Origin: an uncultured Candidatus Saccharibacteria bacterium
GTDB taxonomy: Bacteria; Patescibacteriota; Minisyncoccia; Phycocordibacterales; UBA5272
DNA length: 64,000 nucleotides
Direction of reading: 5' to 3'
Assembly (NCBI GenBank): GCA_964577675.1
Contig: CAZNZQ010000001.1
Coordinates: 5,875 to 69,874 of the forward strand
This document shows, one piece after another, positions 20,529 through 29,460 of the stretch. The translations under genes were made by a program, and so were the position numbers. The notes beneath the pieces are model-generated. The model was not told the DNA's origin. It made no database searches and worked only from the letters and a program-made list of their open reading frames with translations. Every line of letters begins with the position of its first letter. Positions within the stretch are counted from its first letter, which is position 1.

Positions 20529-20936
20529 ATGGCAAACCCAGGATCTCTTAAACCTTTCAAGAAAGGTCATGACCCAAGACGTAATGTTAAAGGGAGAATT
20601 TCTAAACCTCTATCTGAGTCTGGAGCTTTGAAAAAGTATCTTCTAAAGCACCTACATAAGAAAGTTACTGTTAATGGTGTACAAATGAGGATGATGGATC
20701 TCGTAGCGGAAAGACTCGTTGATGATGCTGTCAGAGGTAGTATTTCAGCATTAAAAATATTACTTGATAGAACAGAGGGTAAAGTAATGACACAAGCCCA
20801 GATGGCAAAAGTACGAGATAAAGAAGAACGAAAGTTGTCAGCAGCAGAAGACAAAGAGATGCTTCGAGTTATGAGACTTTTTGCAACCGAAGAAGAATTA
20901 AAGAAACTGGACGCTCAGGACTCGACCAAATCCTAA
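20529..20936 (+). CDS. DUF5681-like / phage terminase-small-subunit-like protein
   Basis: N-terminal LKPFKKGHDPRRNVKGR and A..G.I.ALK.LLDR.EGK patterns. Confidence 0.55.
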   Translation: MANPGSLKPFKKGHDPRRNVKGRISKPLSESGALKKYLLKHLHKKVTVNGVQMRMMDLVAERLVDDAVRGSISALKILLDRTEGKVMTQAQMAKVRDKEERKLSAAEDKEMLRVMRLFATEEELKKLDAQDSTKS

Positions 20937-21005
20937 GGTGTCTGTACTGTAGCTTACATAAAGGCATTTGTGTAGCCGAAGTTATCCACTCAAGTTACTC
21001 TAGGT

Positions 21006-21419
21006 CTATCTCGTTCCAAAGTGGGTATGTTGAACATAGTTGAACTCACCCTTATCTCCACCAACAATTCTTCCATCAATATTTTCCATATAGTACCCTA
21101 AAGTTTTATTTGTAAATAAATCTACAATACTTTTTTGAGTTATTCCCTGACCAACTGATATAGAGCGATACAAACAATCATTCGTATTTTTATCAAAAAT
21201 ATAGTCAGACGATGAGACAATGTCATTAGATGTATTTTGCTTGTTATATGTCTGATCTTCTTTTTCTCTTTTAGATCCTAATTCCAAGCACTGTTTCTGT
21301 AATGATATTTTGAGAGTCCGTTCATTTTGTTCAGGAATATATTTGAGAAGATAATATACAACTGAGACAGCGATAACCAAACATGACAAAGCAACTATAT
21401 GTTGAGTATTTTTATTCAT
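21006..21419 (-). CDS. Hypothetical membrane-anchored protein
   Basis: 137-aa ORF with N-terminal TM and two Cys in the soluble part. Confidence 0.65.
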   Translation of the reverse strand: MNKNTQHIVALSCLVIAVSVVYYLLKYIPEQNERTLKISLQKQCLELGSKREKEDQTYNKQNTSNDIVSSSDYIFDKNTNDCLYRSISVGQGITQKSIVDLFTNKTLGYYMENIDGRIVGGDKGEFNYVQHTHFGTR

Positions 21420-21424
21420 AAGTG

Positions 21425-21553
21425 TGTGATAGGCCTTATAAAGTGTGGTAGCAAAAATCCCACCACGTGGTGAGGTCTTGCGACCTCCATACCCGTTTCC
21501 AGGTACGGCCTATCACAGCAAAATCCACATGATGGGGTTTTTACTGTGATAGG
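21425..21553 (-). ncRNA. Candidate structured leader RNA
   Basis: Hairpins GAGGUC-GCAA-GACCUC and GUACCUG-GAAA-CGGGUAU; UGUGAUAGG(CC) has two alternative partners. Confidence 0.45.
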
Positions 21554-21725
21554 ACATTGTTCGCCATGCCGCTGATTACTCAAATGGTTTAGGCTACTTG
21601 TATTGATTTGTAAGAACATTATACCTCGTTTTTGAGGTCTTTGGTACTATAGCTTACTAATAAAATTTTGTGTAGAGAAATTATTTTATAATTAGTTTGT
21701 ATTTTTTACATGCTATAATCAAATT

Positions 21726-21905
21726 ATGTCAAAAACTATTCGCCAAAAAAGAGGAGACACTCTTGTCGGAACAATAGAGAAACAATACAATGTAGATCTT
21801 GGACATCGTTCTGATAAGAAATTAGCAACTGTTTTAAAAGAAACAGGTGCTCCTTCTTTGTCGAAACTACTTAAGATGGCAGACTCTTCGAAAAAGAAGA
21901 AATAA
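21726..21905 (+). CDS. Small basic protein (59 aa), absent from the ORF track
   Basis: MSKTIRQKRGDTLVGTIEKQYNVDLGHRSDKKLATVLKETGAPSLSKLLKMADSSKKKK; TGcTATAAT 6 nt upstream of the ATG. Confidence 0.75.
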   Translation: MSKTIRQKRGDTLVGTIEKQYNVDLGHRSDKKLATVLKETGAPSLSKLLKMADSSKKKK

Positions 21906-21911
21906 GATGGT

Positions 21912-22436
21912 ATGAGCGAAGATAGTTTTGATTTTATTGATTATCAAAATTTGAGGAACAATATAATTGACTCTATTAATTATATTGCAACACTTTGGAT
22001 ACAAGCTGAAAGTATTGAAAAAGCACATCACCAAGAACTATACAGGACAATTATTTTTTATAACGCATCTATAGTAGAAGCATTATTACTGTTCTTTTGT
22101 ACTAAAAAGTCAATTTTAATTACTCAAGATAAATATACGGAGCCGTATAAATTACCTGACGGTTTTCAAAAAACAGGCGGAGAAACTTACATAGCTATAA
22201 AAAAGAAAGTTAAAAAAACATATGCCGAAATTTCATTTGCAGATCTACTTGGTGCTACTGAAGATTTCTTGGGGAAGGCTTTATTTAAAAAGATTACAGA
22301 TTTGAAAGATCTCCGTAATACTGTACATCTAGCAAAGAGTAGGACACTAATTAAGCAGGAAGTCGTTAAAGGTTCGAGTGATACTGTTTTTAAATTAGTA
22401 AAAAAAATTCAAAAAGAAGTTAGGGTTATCAACTAG
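21912..22436 (+). CDS. HEPN-like putative RNase / Abi-type protein
   Basis: Helical protein with SIVEALL and LRNTVH motifs. Confidence 0.55.
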   Translation: MSEDSFDFIDYQNLRNNIIDSINYIATLWIQAESIEKAHHQELYRTIIFYNASIVEALLLFFCTKKSILITQDKYTEPYKLPDGFQKTGGETYIAIKKKVKKTYAEISFADLLGATEDFLGKALFKKITDLKDLRNTVHLAKSRTLIKQEVVKGSSDTVFKLVKKIQKEVRVIN

Positions 22437-22470
22437 CTATATTGCGTGTTTCGGGTATGTTGTGTGTTGT

Positions 22471-23751
22471 ATGGAAAACATAACAGAACCAATAAGATAT
22501 TGCCTCTACGCCCGTAAGTCAAGCGAAGCTGAGGAAAGACAAGCACTTTCAATAGATTCTCAGATAAAAGAGATGCTTTCACTGGCAAGTAGAGACGGGC
22601 TTGAAATTGTAGATATTTACCGAGAATCCCACTCAGCAAAGGATTGTGGACAAAGACCGGTCTATAACCAGCTTTTAACCGATATACGAGCCGGTAAGTT
22701 CAATGGAGTAGTTGTTTGGCATCCAGACAGACTTGCACGTAATGCAGGCGACCTTGGGGTAATTGTAGACCTTTTAGACCAAAAGAAGCTGGTGGAGATA
22801 CGAACACATAGTCAGAGATTTACCAATAATCCAAATGAGAAGTTCTTGCTGATGATTCTAGGGTCACAAGCAAAGCTAGAGAATGATAATAAGAGTATCA
22901 ATGTGAAGCGTGGACTTAAGATGAGGTGTGAGATGGGGTTTTGGCCAAGCGGAGCACCCACTGGATACATCAACTCACCGAATCGAGATGAGAAGGGTGT
23001 GGTCTATATAGATCCTGCGCGCGCGCATGTAATGAAAGATATGTTTGTGAAAGTTGGTCATGGAGGGTGGAGTGGAAGGAAGCTCTATAAATGGCTAAAA
23101 GATATAAAGTTCACCACCAGGTATGGCAAACCTCTTAGCTTAAGTAATATTTATAAAATACTTTCCAATCACTTCTACTATGGAATGTTTGAATACCCAA
23201 AAGGTAGCGGTAAGTGGTATCAAGGTAACTACGAGCCAATCATTTCCAAAGATTTATTTACTGATGTTCAGAACCAGCTACATCAAGAAGTAAGAGTGAA
23301 AGGAAAGAATAAAGAGTTTACATTCACAAAGATGTTTACTTGTGGAGCATGTGGCTCGGGTGTCACTGCGCAAGAGAAGTATAAAAACCTAAAAGACGGA
23401 ACGATTAATAAGTACATCTATTATGGATGTACACGAGCAAAAGATATAAACTGCAAGGAGGGTTATATAGAGGAAAGAGTACTATTAAGTGAGTTGCTGA
23501 AAGTGTTAGATCAAATAGACTTAGATAAATCAGGACTAAAGAAAAAGCTTGAAAAGGAAATTGAGAGGCATAAAGTTTTTCACTCTAAAATCATGGGTAA
23601 AGAAGAAGAAAACTATGAAGTAAAAGACGTAGACATACGCAATTATGCTAAGTATGTCCTAGAGAAAGGATCGGTGTTTGAGAAGAGAGATTTGTTGGGA
23701 ACTTTTAAGAGTGGAGTGAGTCTAAAAGATAAATATATTACGTTAACCTAA
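22471..23751 (+). CDS. Large serine recombinase (resolvase + recombinase + zinc ribbon)
   Basis: YARKS catalytic Ser, DRLARN, PTGY, YEPIIS, CGACG...YYGC...C. Confidence 0.92.
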   Translation: MENITEPIRYCLYARKSSEAEERQALSIDSQIKEMLSLASRDGLEIVDIYRESHSAKDCGQRPVYNQLLTDIRAGKFNGVVVWHPDRLARNAGDLGVIVDLLDQKKLVEIRTHSQRFTNNPNEKFLLMILGSQAKLENDNKSINVKRGLKMRCEMGFWPSGAPTGYINSPNRDEKGVVYIDPARAHVMKDMFVKVGHGGWSGRKLYKWLKDIKFTTRYGKPLSLSNIYKILSNHFYYGMFEYPKGSGKWYQGNYEPIISKDLFTDVQNQLHQEVRVKGKNKEFTFTKMFTCGACGSGVTAQEKYKNLKDGTINKYIYYGCTRAKDINCKEGYIEERVLLSELLKVLDQIDLDKSGLKKKLEKEIERHKVFHSKIMGKEEENYEVKDVDIRNYAKYVLEKGSVFEKRDLLGTFKSGVSLKDKYITLT

Positions 23752-23757
23752 TTTATT

Positions 23758-24492
23758 TTAAACTATTTCTACCCACGAAGAGTCATAGCCAATGGTTTCT
23801 AGCAATGTGTCAGTATTAAGGGATGGCGGTTTCTTTATGAAAAACTTTAATCGATTTTCAGGGATATTTTCTTTTATTGTAAATTGAGAACCATGTCTTT
23901 GCCAGGTAAACTTATGTTCTTGAGTTTCCTTATCGAAACCTTCTAGGTTTCCATTTTTATTCTTTTTCCAAAAAAATCTATCTTCTGGATACCTAACTGT
24001 TTCGTACTCAAATACACTAAATGGGATTTTCTCATCTTCAAAATCCGTTGGCTTAAGAAGCACAACGGTTCTTATCTCTTTAAATTTATCCCTAAGTCCT
24101 TCTACTCTTCCATTCCAAATTTGAAGGACCTGGGCTCCAATACCATCATCTGTATCAGCAATTGTATCAAAAGAATACTCAGGATTATTTCTACCAGATA
24201 TAAGTCGTACTGAGGTCACAGTATGAGGGCTGCCTGCTTTTACAGTTTTTGCCCCCCAAGCGAAACTCCCTTTAATTACATCATCTAATCCAACATTAGA
24301 AGGTTTCCATTCCGCGTCTATTGCTTTTGCAAAAATTCTTTCCCACTCTGAACCTTCCAGTGCAGGATGTCTACTGGTGGCAAGCATGAAAACTAATTCC
24401 ATACCAAGAATACTCGTAAATGATTTTGGGAAATCATTTAATTGGTATGGTGGCACAGCCTTTTGCACTGTTTTTAGTTTTGGTTCTGACAT
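23758..24492 (-). CDS. Probable type II restriction endonuclease
   Basis: Directly downstream of the C5 MTase; E-W-E...LDDV...WGAKTVK resembles a PD-(D/E)XK variant. Confidence 0.65.
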   Translation of the reverse strand: MSEPKLKTVQKAVPPYQLNDFPKSFTSILGMELVFMLATSRHPALEGSEWERIFAKAIDAEWKPSNVGLDDVIKGSFAWGAKTVKAGSPHTVTSVRLISGRNNPEYSFDTIADTDDGIGAQVLQIWNGRVEGLRDKFKEIRTVVLLKPTDFEDEKIPFSVFEYETVRYPEDRFFWKKNKNGNLEGFDKETQEHKFTWQRHGSQFTIKENIPENRLKFFIKKPPSLNTDTLLETIGYDSSWVEIV

Positions 24493-24498
24493 AATATC

Positions 24499-25491
24499 TT
24501 ATTTTACTCCAATTTTAGATTTTACGCTTCTTTTTTGCGCGGGAATGGGCTTTTTTGACAATGCTTCTATTATTGCACTTGCCACGGCTTCCATTTGAGG
24601 AACTACCACTGCGTTTCCGGCTTGTTTTCGTGCTTGTGAATCAGGCACTATTATTCTGTAATCATCCGGGAACCCTTGTAGTCTAAACATCTCTCTCGGA
24701 GTAAGTCTTCTTTCTCCATTCACAACAAGATAATTATAAGATCCGCTTGCTCTCAGTGCGCAAGAGTAGGACTTCATACTAATGTTACCTGACATATTCT
24801 CATGCCACACAGAAGGATAGGCAGGGGCTGTCTTATTCTGTTCCTTCAGTTTTCTTTGTAACTTTAATTTAAAATAATTACTTAAGAAATGCTTAGAATC
24901 TATTTCTTTATTATCTTCTAAAATGTCTTCAAGCTTCTTAGCTCTTCTCTTTCCTTTGGTGGGAAATTCGAAAGGATGATTATCTCTGAAACCTACTATC
25001 ATTATTCGCTCTCTTTTCTGAGGCACACCAAAATCTAAACCGTTCAAAACCTTGTAGTGAACAAAATAACCTAACTTTTCAAGACTTGAAATTATTGTAT
25101 TAAAGGTTCTACCATGATCATGGGTTGTAAGGTTCTTAACATTCTCAAGGAACACTACTTTAGGTTTTTTATCTTTTATGATTCTTTCCACTTCAAAAAA
25201 CAAAGTTCCCCGTGTATCTGCAAAACCTTTCCTGTTTCCTGCAATACTAAAAGCTTGGCAAGGGAACCCTCCAGTTAAAATGTCATGGTCGGGGATTTCT
25301 TTTGTGGTTATTTTGGTTATATCTCCGTGAGGTTTATCACCAAAGTAGTTTTCATACATTATTTGAGCTGATTCGTCCCATTCAGAACCAAATACGCAAG
25401 TTGCCCCAGCTTTTTCAAAGCCGATTCTAATTCCGCCAATTCCAGCAAATAAATCTATAAAAGTTAATTTCTTCTCTGTATTTTTTTTCAT
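24499..25491 (-). CDS. DNA (cytosine-5)-methyltransferase
   Basis: FAGIGG, GFPCQ, ENV, QKRER, RLTPRE, GNAV motifs. Confidence 0.95.
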   Translation of the reverse strand: MKKNTEKKLTFIDLFAGIGGIRIGFEKAGATCVFGSEWDESAQIMYENYFGDKPHGDITKITTKEIPDHDILTGGFPCQAFSIAGNRKGFADTRGTLFFEVERIIKDKKPKVVFLENVKNLTTHDHGRTFNTIISSLEKLGYFVHYKVLNGLDFGVPQKRERIMIVGFRDNHPFEFPTKGKRRAKKLEDILEDNKEIDSKHFLSNYFKLKLQRKLKEQNKTAPAYPSVWHENMSGNISMKSYSCALRASGSYNYLVVNGERRLTPREMFRLQGFPDDYRIIVPDSQARKQAGNAVVVPQMEAVASAIIEALSKKPIPAQKRSVKSKIGVK

Positions 25492-25585
25492 TACTCTAAT
25501 AAGTATACACCAAAACGGGTGCCTAAATTTTAGGCTCTCCACAGGTGGAGATTTTGAACAAATTAGAATAGTATTGTTTCAAAAG

Positions 25586-26878
25586 CTATTGAGTCTCCGT
25601 CTTATCTTCTAGCGATTTTAACTCAGAAAACTTAGCTGCCATTGTAGGGTTACCTTTAACAAGCTTCTTAACAGTTAACTCTTCTGCTTTGTCATTAGCT
25701 AGACGCAAGTTGTTCTCTGAAGAGATAAGATCTTTTTTTGTTTTTTCGAGCTGTTTGATGGATTCATCAATGTGATCTATGGCAGTTTTAAACTTTTCAG
25801 ATGCGAGGCGATAATTGCGATTAAAACCATCTCGGAATTCAGTCAAATCATTTTCAAAATTAGTAACATCAATGTTTTGATTTTTAACAATTGCAAGCTC
25901 AGCTTTATACTCAAGTGATTTGAGGGAAGCGTTACGAAGCAAAGTTATTATTGGAATAAAGAATTGTGGGCGAATAACATACATCTTTGAATGACGATAA
26001 GACACGTCAACTATACCTCCATTGTAAAGATCACTCTCCGGCTCAAGTAGTGAAACTAAAACTGCATACTCACATTTCTTTTCATCTCGATCTTTATCAA
26101 GTTCTTTAAGAAAATCCTCATTCTTTTTCTTTGTGGCAGTTTCGTCTCCTTCGTTTTTCATTTCAAACATAATAGAAATGATCTCATTGCCATTCTGATC
26201 AGTTTCTCGATATATATAATCTCCTTTACTGCCAGTTTTAGAATCATTATCTTTTTCAAAATATGCATTTTGAAAAGCTGTAGCACGAAGCTTGTTGAAT
26301 TCGTTTTCACAGTGTTGCTCTAGTGTCTCACCAATCATTTTTGTTGAGAGTTTAAGCTTCATATCTTTACGAAGAGCAATCTCCTCATCTTTCATTTTTA
26401 TGATGTCGTCTTTGGTTTTTAGTTCGCTAGAAAACTTCTCTTTTAGAGATGTCTCGAGTAACTGTTTTTCAACATCTTTACTCTTAAGTTCACCAGCAAG
26501 CTCGTCACGTTCTTTCTCGATTTTATTTACAGCTTCATTAATAGCCAGTTTCTTCTCGGTTTCAGTGGATGCAATTTTTGCTTTTAGTTCAGATATCTCA
26601 AGTTCGCTCTTTGATTGATGTAGAGCTACTTCACGCTCCTTTTCTGCTTTAAGCTTTGCTATTTCTGTATCTTTTTGAGAAAGATCATCTTTTATCTTAT
26701 TTTTAATCTGTTCTTCGGCAAGCTTCACAGCATTCTCTTTATCAGCCTTAAAAAGCCTTTCTCTCTGGAGCAGCTCTTCTTCAAACTGATGATCTCTTAC
26801 TTGCTTGAGAATGTCAGCAAAACCAGCTTCATCAATTTTAAAAGCTTTATGACAGTTAGGGCAGATAATCTCGTTCAT
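25586..26878 (-). CDS. DUF2130-domain coiled-coil protein
   Basis: IICPNC N-terminus, long coiled coil, GETLEQHCE...KGDYIYRE...FEMKNE nuclease-like C-terminal domain. Confidence 0.8.
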   Translation of the reverse strand: MNEIICPNCHKAFKIDEAGFADILKQVRDHQFEEELLQRERLFKADKENAVKLAEEQIKNKIKDDLSQKDTEIAKLKAEKEREVALHQSKSELEISELKAKIASTETEKKLAINEAVNKIEKERDELAGELKSKDVEKQLLETSLKEKFSSELKTKDDIIKMKDEEIALRKDMKLKLSTKMIGETLEQHCENEFNKLRATAFQNAYFEKDNDSKTGSKGDYIYRETDQNGNEIISIMFEMKNEGDETATKKKNEDFLKELDKDRDEKKCEYAVLVSLLEPESDLYNGGIVDVSYRHSKMYVIRPQFFIPIITLLRNASLKSLEYKAELAIVKNQNIDVTNFENDLTEFRDGFNRNYRLASEKFKTAIDHIDESIKQLEKTKKDLISSENNLRLANDKAEELTVKKLVKGNPTMAAKFSELKSLEDKTETQ

Positions 26879-26951
26879 TGTTATATTCTAACATTTATCA
26901 AGATGTAATCTAAATCACTAAGTAAAATCAAAATATATAGATAGTAATTGT

Positions 26952-27266
26952 TTACGTCCTTTGATATTTTAGTCGTCCATATAAAGCTTCACTGTAATAG
27001 TTAGCAAAATAAAACCATTGACCGACAAAAGCTCCGCAATCAGAACATGTATTGGCTAAATAGGTTTCATTTGCTGTTTTGCTAGTTACTTTTTTAATGA
27101 GAACTCCGTTTTTCTCAGCAAGCTCTATTTCTTTTTGGTTAAATTTCTCAGGCCCATAATCCATATTTCCGTTGTCGTCCCCAATAAGAGCAATGAGCAT
27201 TTCTTTACCACACTGCCAACAAGGTGCTGATATGATCATCATTTTTTCTTGTTGTTTATTATTCAT
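26952..27266 (-). CDS. Hypothetical zinc-ribbon protein
   Basis: CWQC and CSDC pairs. Confidence 0.65.
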   Translation of the reverse strand: MNNKQQEKMMIISAPCWQCGKEMLIALIGDDNGNMDYGPEKFNQKEIELAEKNGVLIKKVTSKTANETYLANTCSDCGAFVGQWFYFANYYSEALYGRLKYQRT

Positions 27267-27300
27267 GCAATAATATTACACTAAACAAACTACATGCACC

Positions 27301-27650
27301 ATGTCATTTAGATCTACTAAGTATTGACCCGTTTAGGTCCTTCGATACTTATTTACAAAGCTGGGGCGTTGAGACTGTCACTGTGTATAGGTCTAGTACG
27401 AGTCCTAACAGGGTGATGGGTTTTGGTCTAGAAAATTCTAAAACCACCTATTGAAAAATATAGGTCTTTAGGTCCTTCGATACTTATTGCTTCTGCTGGG
27501 GCGTTGAGAATGTCACCGGCTTTAGGTCTGGTACTAAGTGACCCCATTGAGACTAGCTTTTTTATTTTTGTGTCAATAGTTGATCTTAAAAAACTATTGA
27601 AAAATATACGAAGTGTTTAGGTCCTTCGATACTTATTGATTCTGCTGGGG
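27301..27650. repeat. Tandem att-like repeat array abutting the tRNA-Gln 3' end
   Basis: tttaggtccttcgatacttatt at 27332, 27467 and 27616, each followed by gctgggg (the tRNA 3'-end core). Confidence 0.85.
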
Positions 27651-27715
27651 TATAAGGACTCGAACCTCAATTAACGGTGCCAGAAACCGTTGTCCTACCA
27701 TTAGACGATACCCCA
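27645..27715 (-). tRNA. tRNA-Gln(CTG), CCA not encoded
   Basis: TGGGGTA...TACCCCA-G acceptor stem, ACGGT-TTCTGGC-ACCGT anticodon arm, GGTTCGAGTCC T arm. Confidence 0.95.
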
Positions 27716-27760
27716 ATTAATATTTTGTGGCTCACTACCTCGTTCCTGCCCTTAATCTCT

Positions 27761-27957
27761 TATTGATACTTGAGATTATTTTGCTCGAAATCTTGCTAGA
27801 TTTACGAGCCCTCGAAGCCGAGCTTCTCGGCCCAATTGTTATTCCTACTTCTCAAACTTTTATTTGCCTCGACTCGGTTATTGATTCTCGAGATTACTTT
27901 GTTCAAAACTTTGCTAAGCTTTGAACCCTTCGAGGCCGAGCCTCGGCGGCCCATTTT
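27761..27957. repeat. Two degenerate ~78-bp hairpin-rich direct repeats (period 118 bp)
   Basis: Copies at 27761-27837 and 27879-27957 with conserved stems. Confidence 0.7.
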
Positions 27958-28238
27958 ATATTTCTCACTATCTTCCGCTCTTCGGGCCGTTGCGACTATG
28001 CTTCCGGCACTGCGATTTCAAAAGATTGATTACTATCTAAGAAATCGGGAGCCCATTTCCTGCTGACAACATTTTGTCGCTGAACAGCTGTGCAAATTTC
28101 TAAATTTTTGAACTTTGCCACAGAAACGTATCCGAAATTCTACCACAATGTTGGACTTTTTTCTAGGCTGACCTGATGAGGCACTCGATAAGTGAGTCTA
28201 GCTTAAAAAGCAATTATGTAGTATTATGCAGTACTCAA

Positions 28239-28769
28239 ATGCGATGGGTAATTTTTACAGGGACATGGCGTCTCACAAATAAAGAAGTAGAGAACGACGT
28301 ACGAAAGCGGGCTCGTTCTGTTTTCGAGATGGGTGACGGACTTGTAACAGGTGGGGCTACTGGTGTCGACTACTTCGCAATGGATGAATGGCTAAAACTC
28401 GACCCAGAATGCAAGCGTTTGCGTATCTTTATTCCTGCGCGACTTACTCACTTTATTGAAGACTACCGCAAAAACTGGAAACATTCGCCGATAACTGATG
28501 CAGATATTGATAACCTAGAATATATCCTAAAGATAATCCACGAGAGAAACCCTGCCTGCATGTTTGAAGTACGAAAAGAGTCAGGCGATATTACCCAAGG
28601 TGAGTATGACTTACGTCACAATGAAGAAGTAACGTTCTCTGACGAGGTATACGCATTTCAGGTTAACAACAGTACTGGAACTGGAGATACTATTACGAAA
28701 GCTACGGCAGCTGGCCTCCCTATTACTGTTCACGAGAAATATATAATTGAAGAGTCTAAGAAAAATTAG
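28239..28769 (+). CDS. SLOG-superfamily (DprA/YspA-like) nucleotide-binding protein
   Basis: FTGT...LVTGGATGVD...R.NEEV...STGTGDTI pattern. Confidence 0.65.
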   Translation: MRWVIFTGTWRLTNKEVENDVRKRARSVFEMGDGLVTGGATGVDYFAMDEWLKLDPECKRLRIFIPARLTHFIEDYRKNWKHSPITDADIDNLEYILKIIHERNPACMFEVRKESGDITQGEYDLRHNEEVTFSDEVYAFQVNNSTGTGDTITKATAAGLPITVHEKYIIEESKKN

Positions 28770-29458
28770 AGAGGAATTTCTATCAAGAGAAGTTTTGTAT
28801 TTGATGAAAGATGAAGAGGAAGTTCTGTGGTCTCGGCGATACAGAGCGCGTCTCGCCTCTGTGCGGCAACATCTCCCAACTTCACTTCACCTTCAATAAC
28901 AAAAAGGTATACCCCTCTTTCTCTAGCATTAAAAGAATACATTTCGTCTTTTCCTTCAATGCTGCTGATATATGTAATCGAGGCATCCTGATTAATTGTG
29001 AGAGCCTCCTCCCCAACAAGAATGGCGCAGACATCCTCGTCCTTTAAAAAGTCTATTTTCCTCTCTTCATACCTCGGCGCAATCCCTTTTTCCTTAGACT
29101 CAATCCATAACTGGAAGAGCTCAAGCGGAACATCTTCGTTATTATGTTCGGAGTGCATCACGCCGGTGCCTGCTGACATTACCTGTATCATCCCCTGTTC
29201 CACCTTTCGTTCATTACCCATACTGTCCTTATGTGAGACTGCACCTCGCATGACGACGGTGATGATTTCCATGTCTCTGTGGCCGTGGGTATCGAAGCCT
29301 GTATGAGGTGCGATAATGTCCTCATTTAAAACACGCAGCTTACCGAACCCCATGCGTGCCGGGTTATACCAGTTAGAAAATGAGAAGCTATATCTCGTAG
29401 AAAGCCATCCGTATTCCGCTCCGCCCCTATCTTCATTTTTATGTATTTCTATTTTCAT
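28766..29458 (-). CDS. Pirin family protein
   Basis: GFDTHGHRDMEI, MSAGTGVMHSE, LFQLW. Confidence 0.92.
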   Translation of the reverse strand: MKIEIHKNEDRGGAEYGWLSTRYSFSFSNWYNPARMGFGKLRVLNEDIIAPHTGFDTHGHRDMEIITVVMRGAVSHKDSMGNERKVEQGMIQVMSAGTGVMHSEHNNEDVPLELFQLWIESKEKGIAPRYEERKIDFLKDEDVCAILVGEEALTINQDASITYISSIEGKDEMYSFNARERGVYLFVIEGEVKLGDVAAQRRDALCIAETTELPLHLSSNTKLLLIEIPL

Positions 29459-29460
29459 AG

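Larger units (their letters stand above)
20233..27644. mobile_element. tRNA-Gln-anchored genomic island (serine recombinase, R-M, HEPN-like, DUF2130)
   Basis: Visibly AT-richer DNA, a large serine recombinase, defence cargo, and repeats containing the tRNA 3'-end core. Left boundary approximate. Confidence 0.7.

Noticed and set aside
21416-21619. 67-aa minus-strand ORF
   Set aside because: It overlies the structured RNA region and has no recognisable protein features, though a leader peptide cannot be fully excluded.
20233-27644. Classical integron or complete prophage
   Set aside because: No tyrosine integrase (IntI), no recognisable attC structure, and no capsid, portal or tail genes.
27301-27650. 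CRISPR array
   Set aside because: Only three units with 135-149 bp period and long composite conserved arms. The repeat includes the tRNA 3' core, and there are no cas genes in the window.
27727-28066. ORFs 27727-27924 and 27836-28066 as real proteins
   Set aside because: They are translations of the hairpin repeats in different frames, with no convincing start signals.
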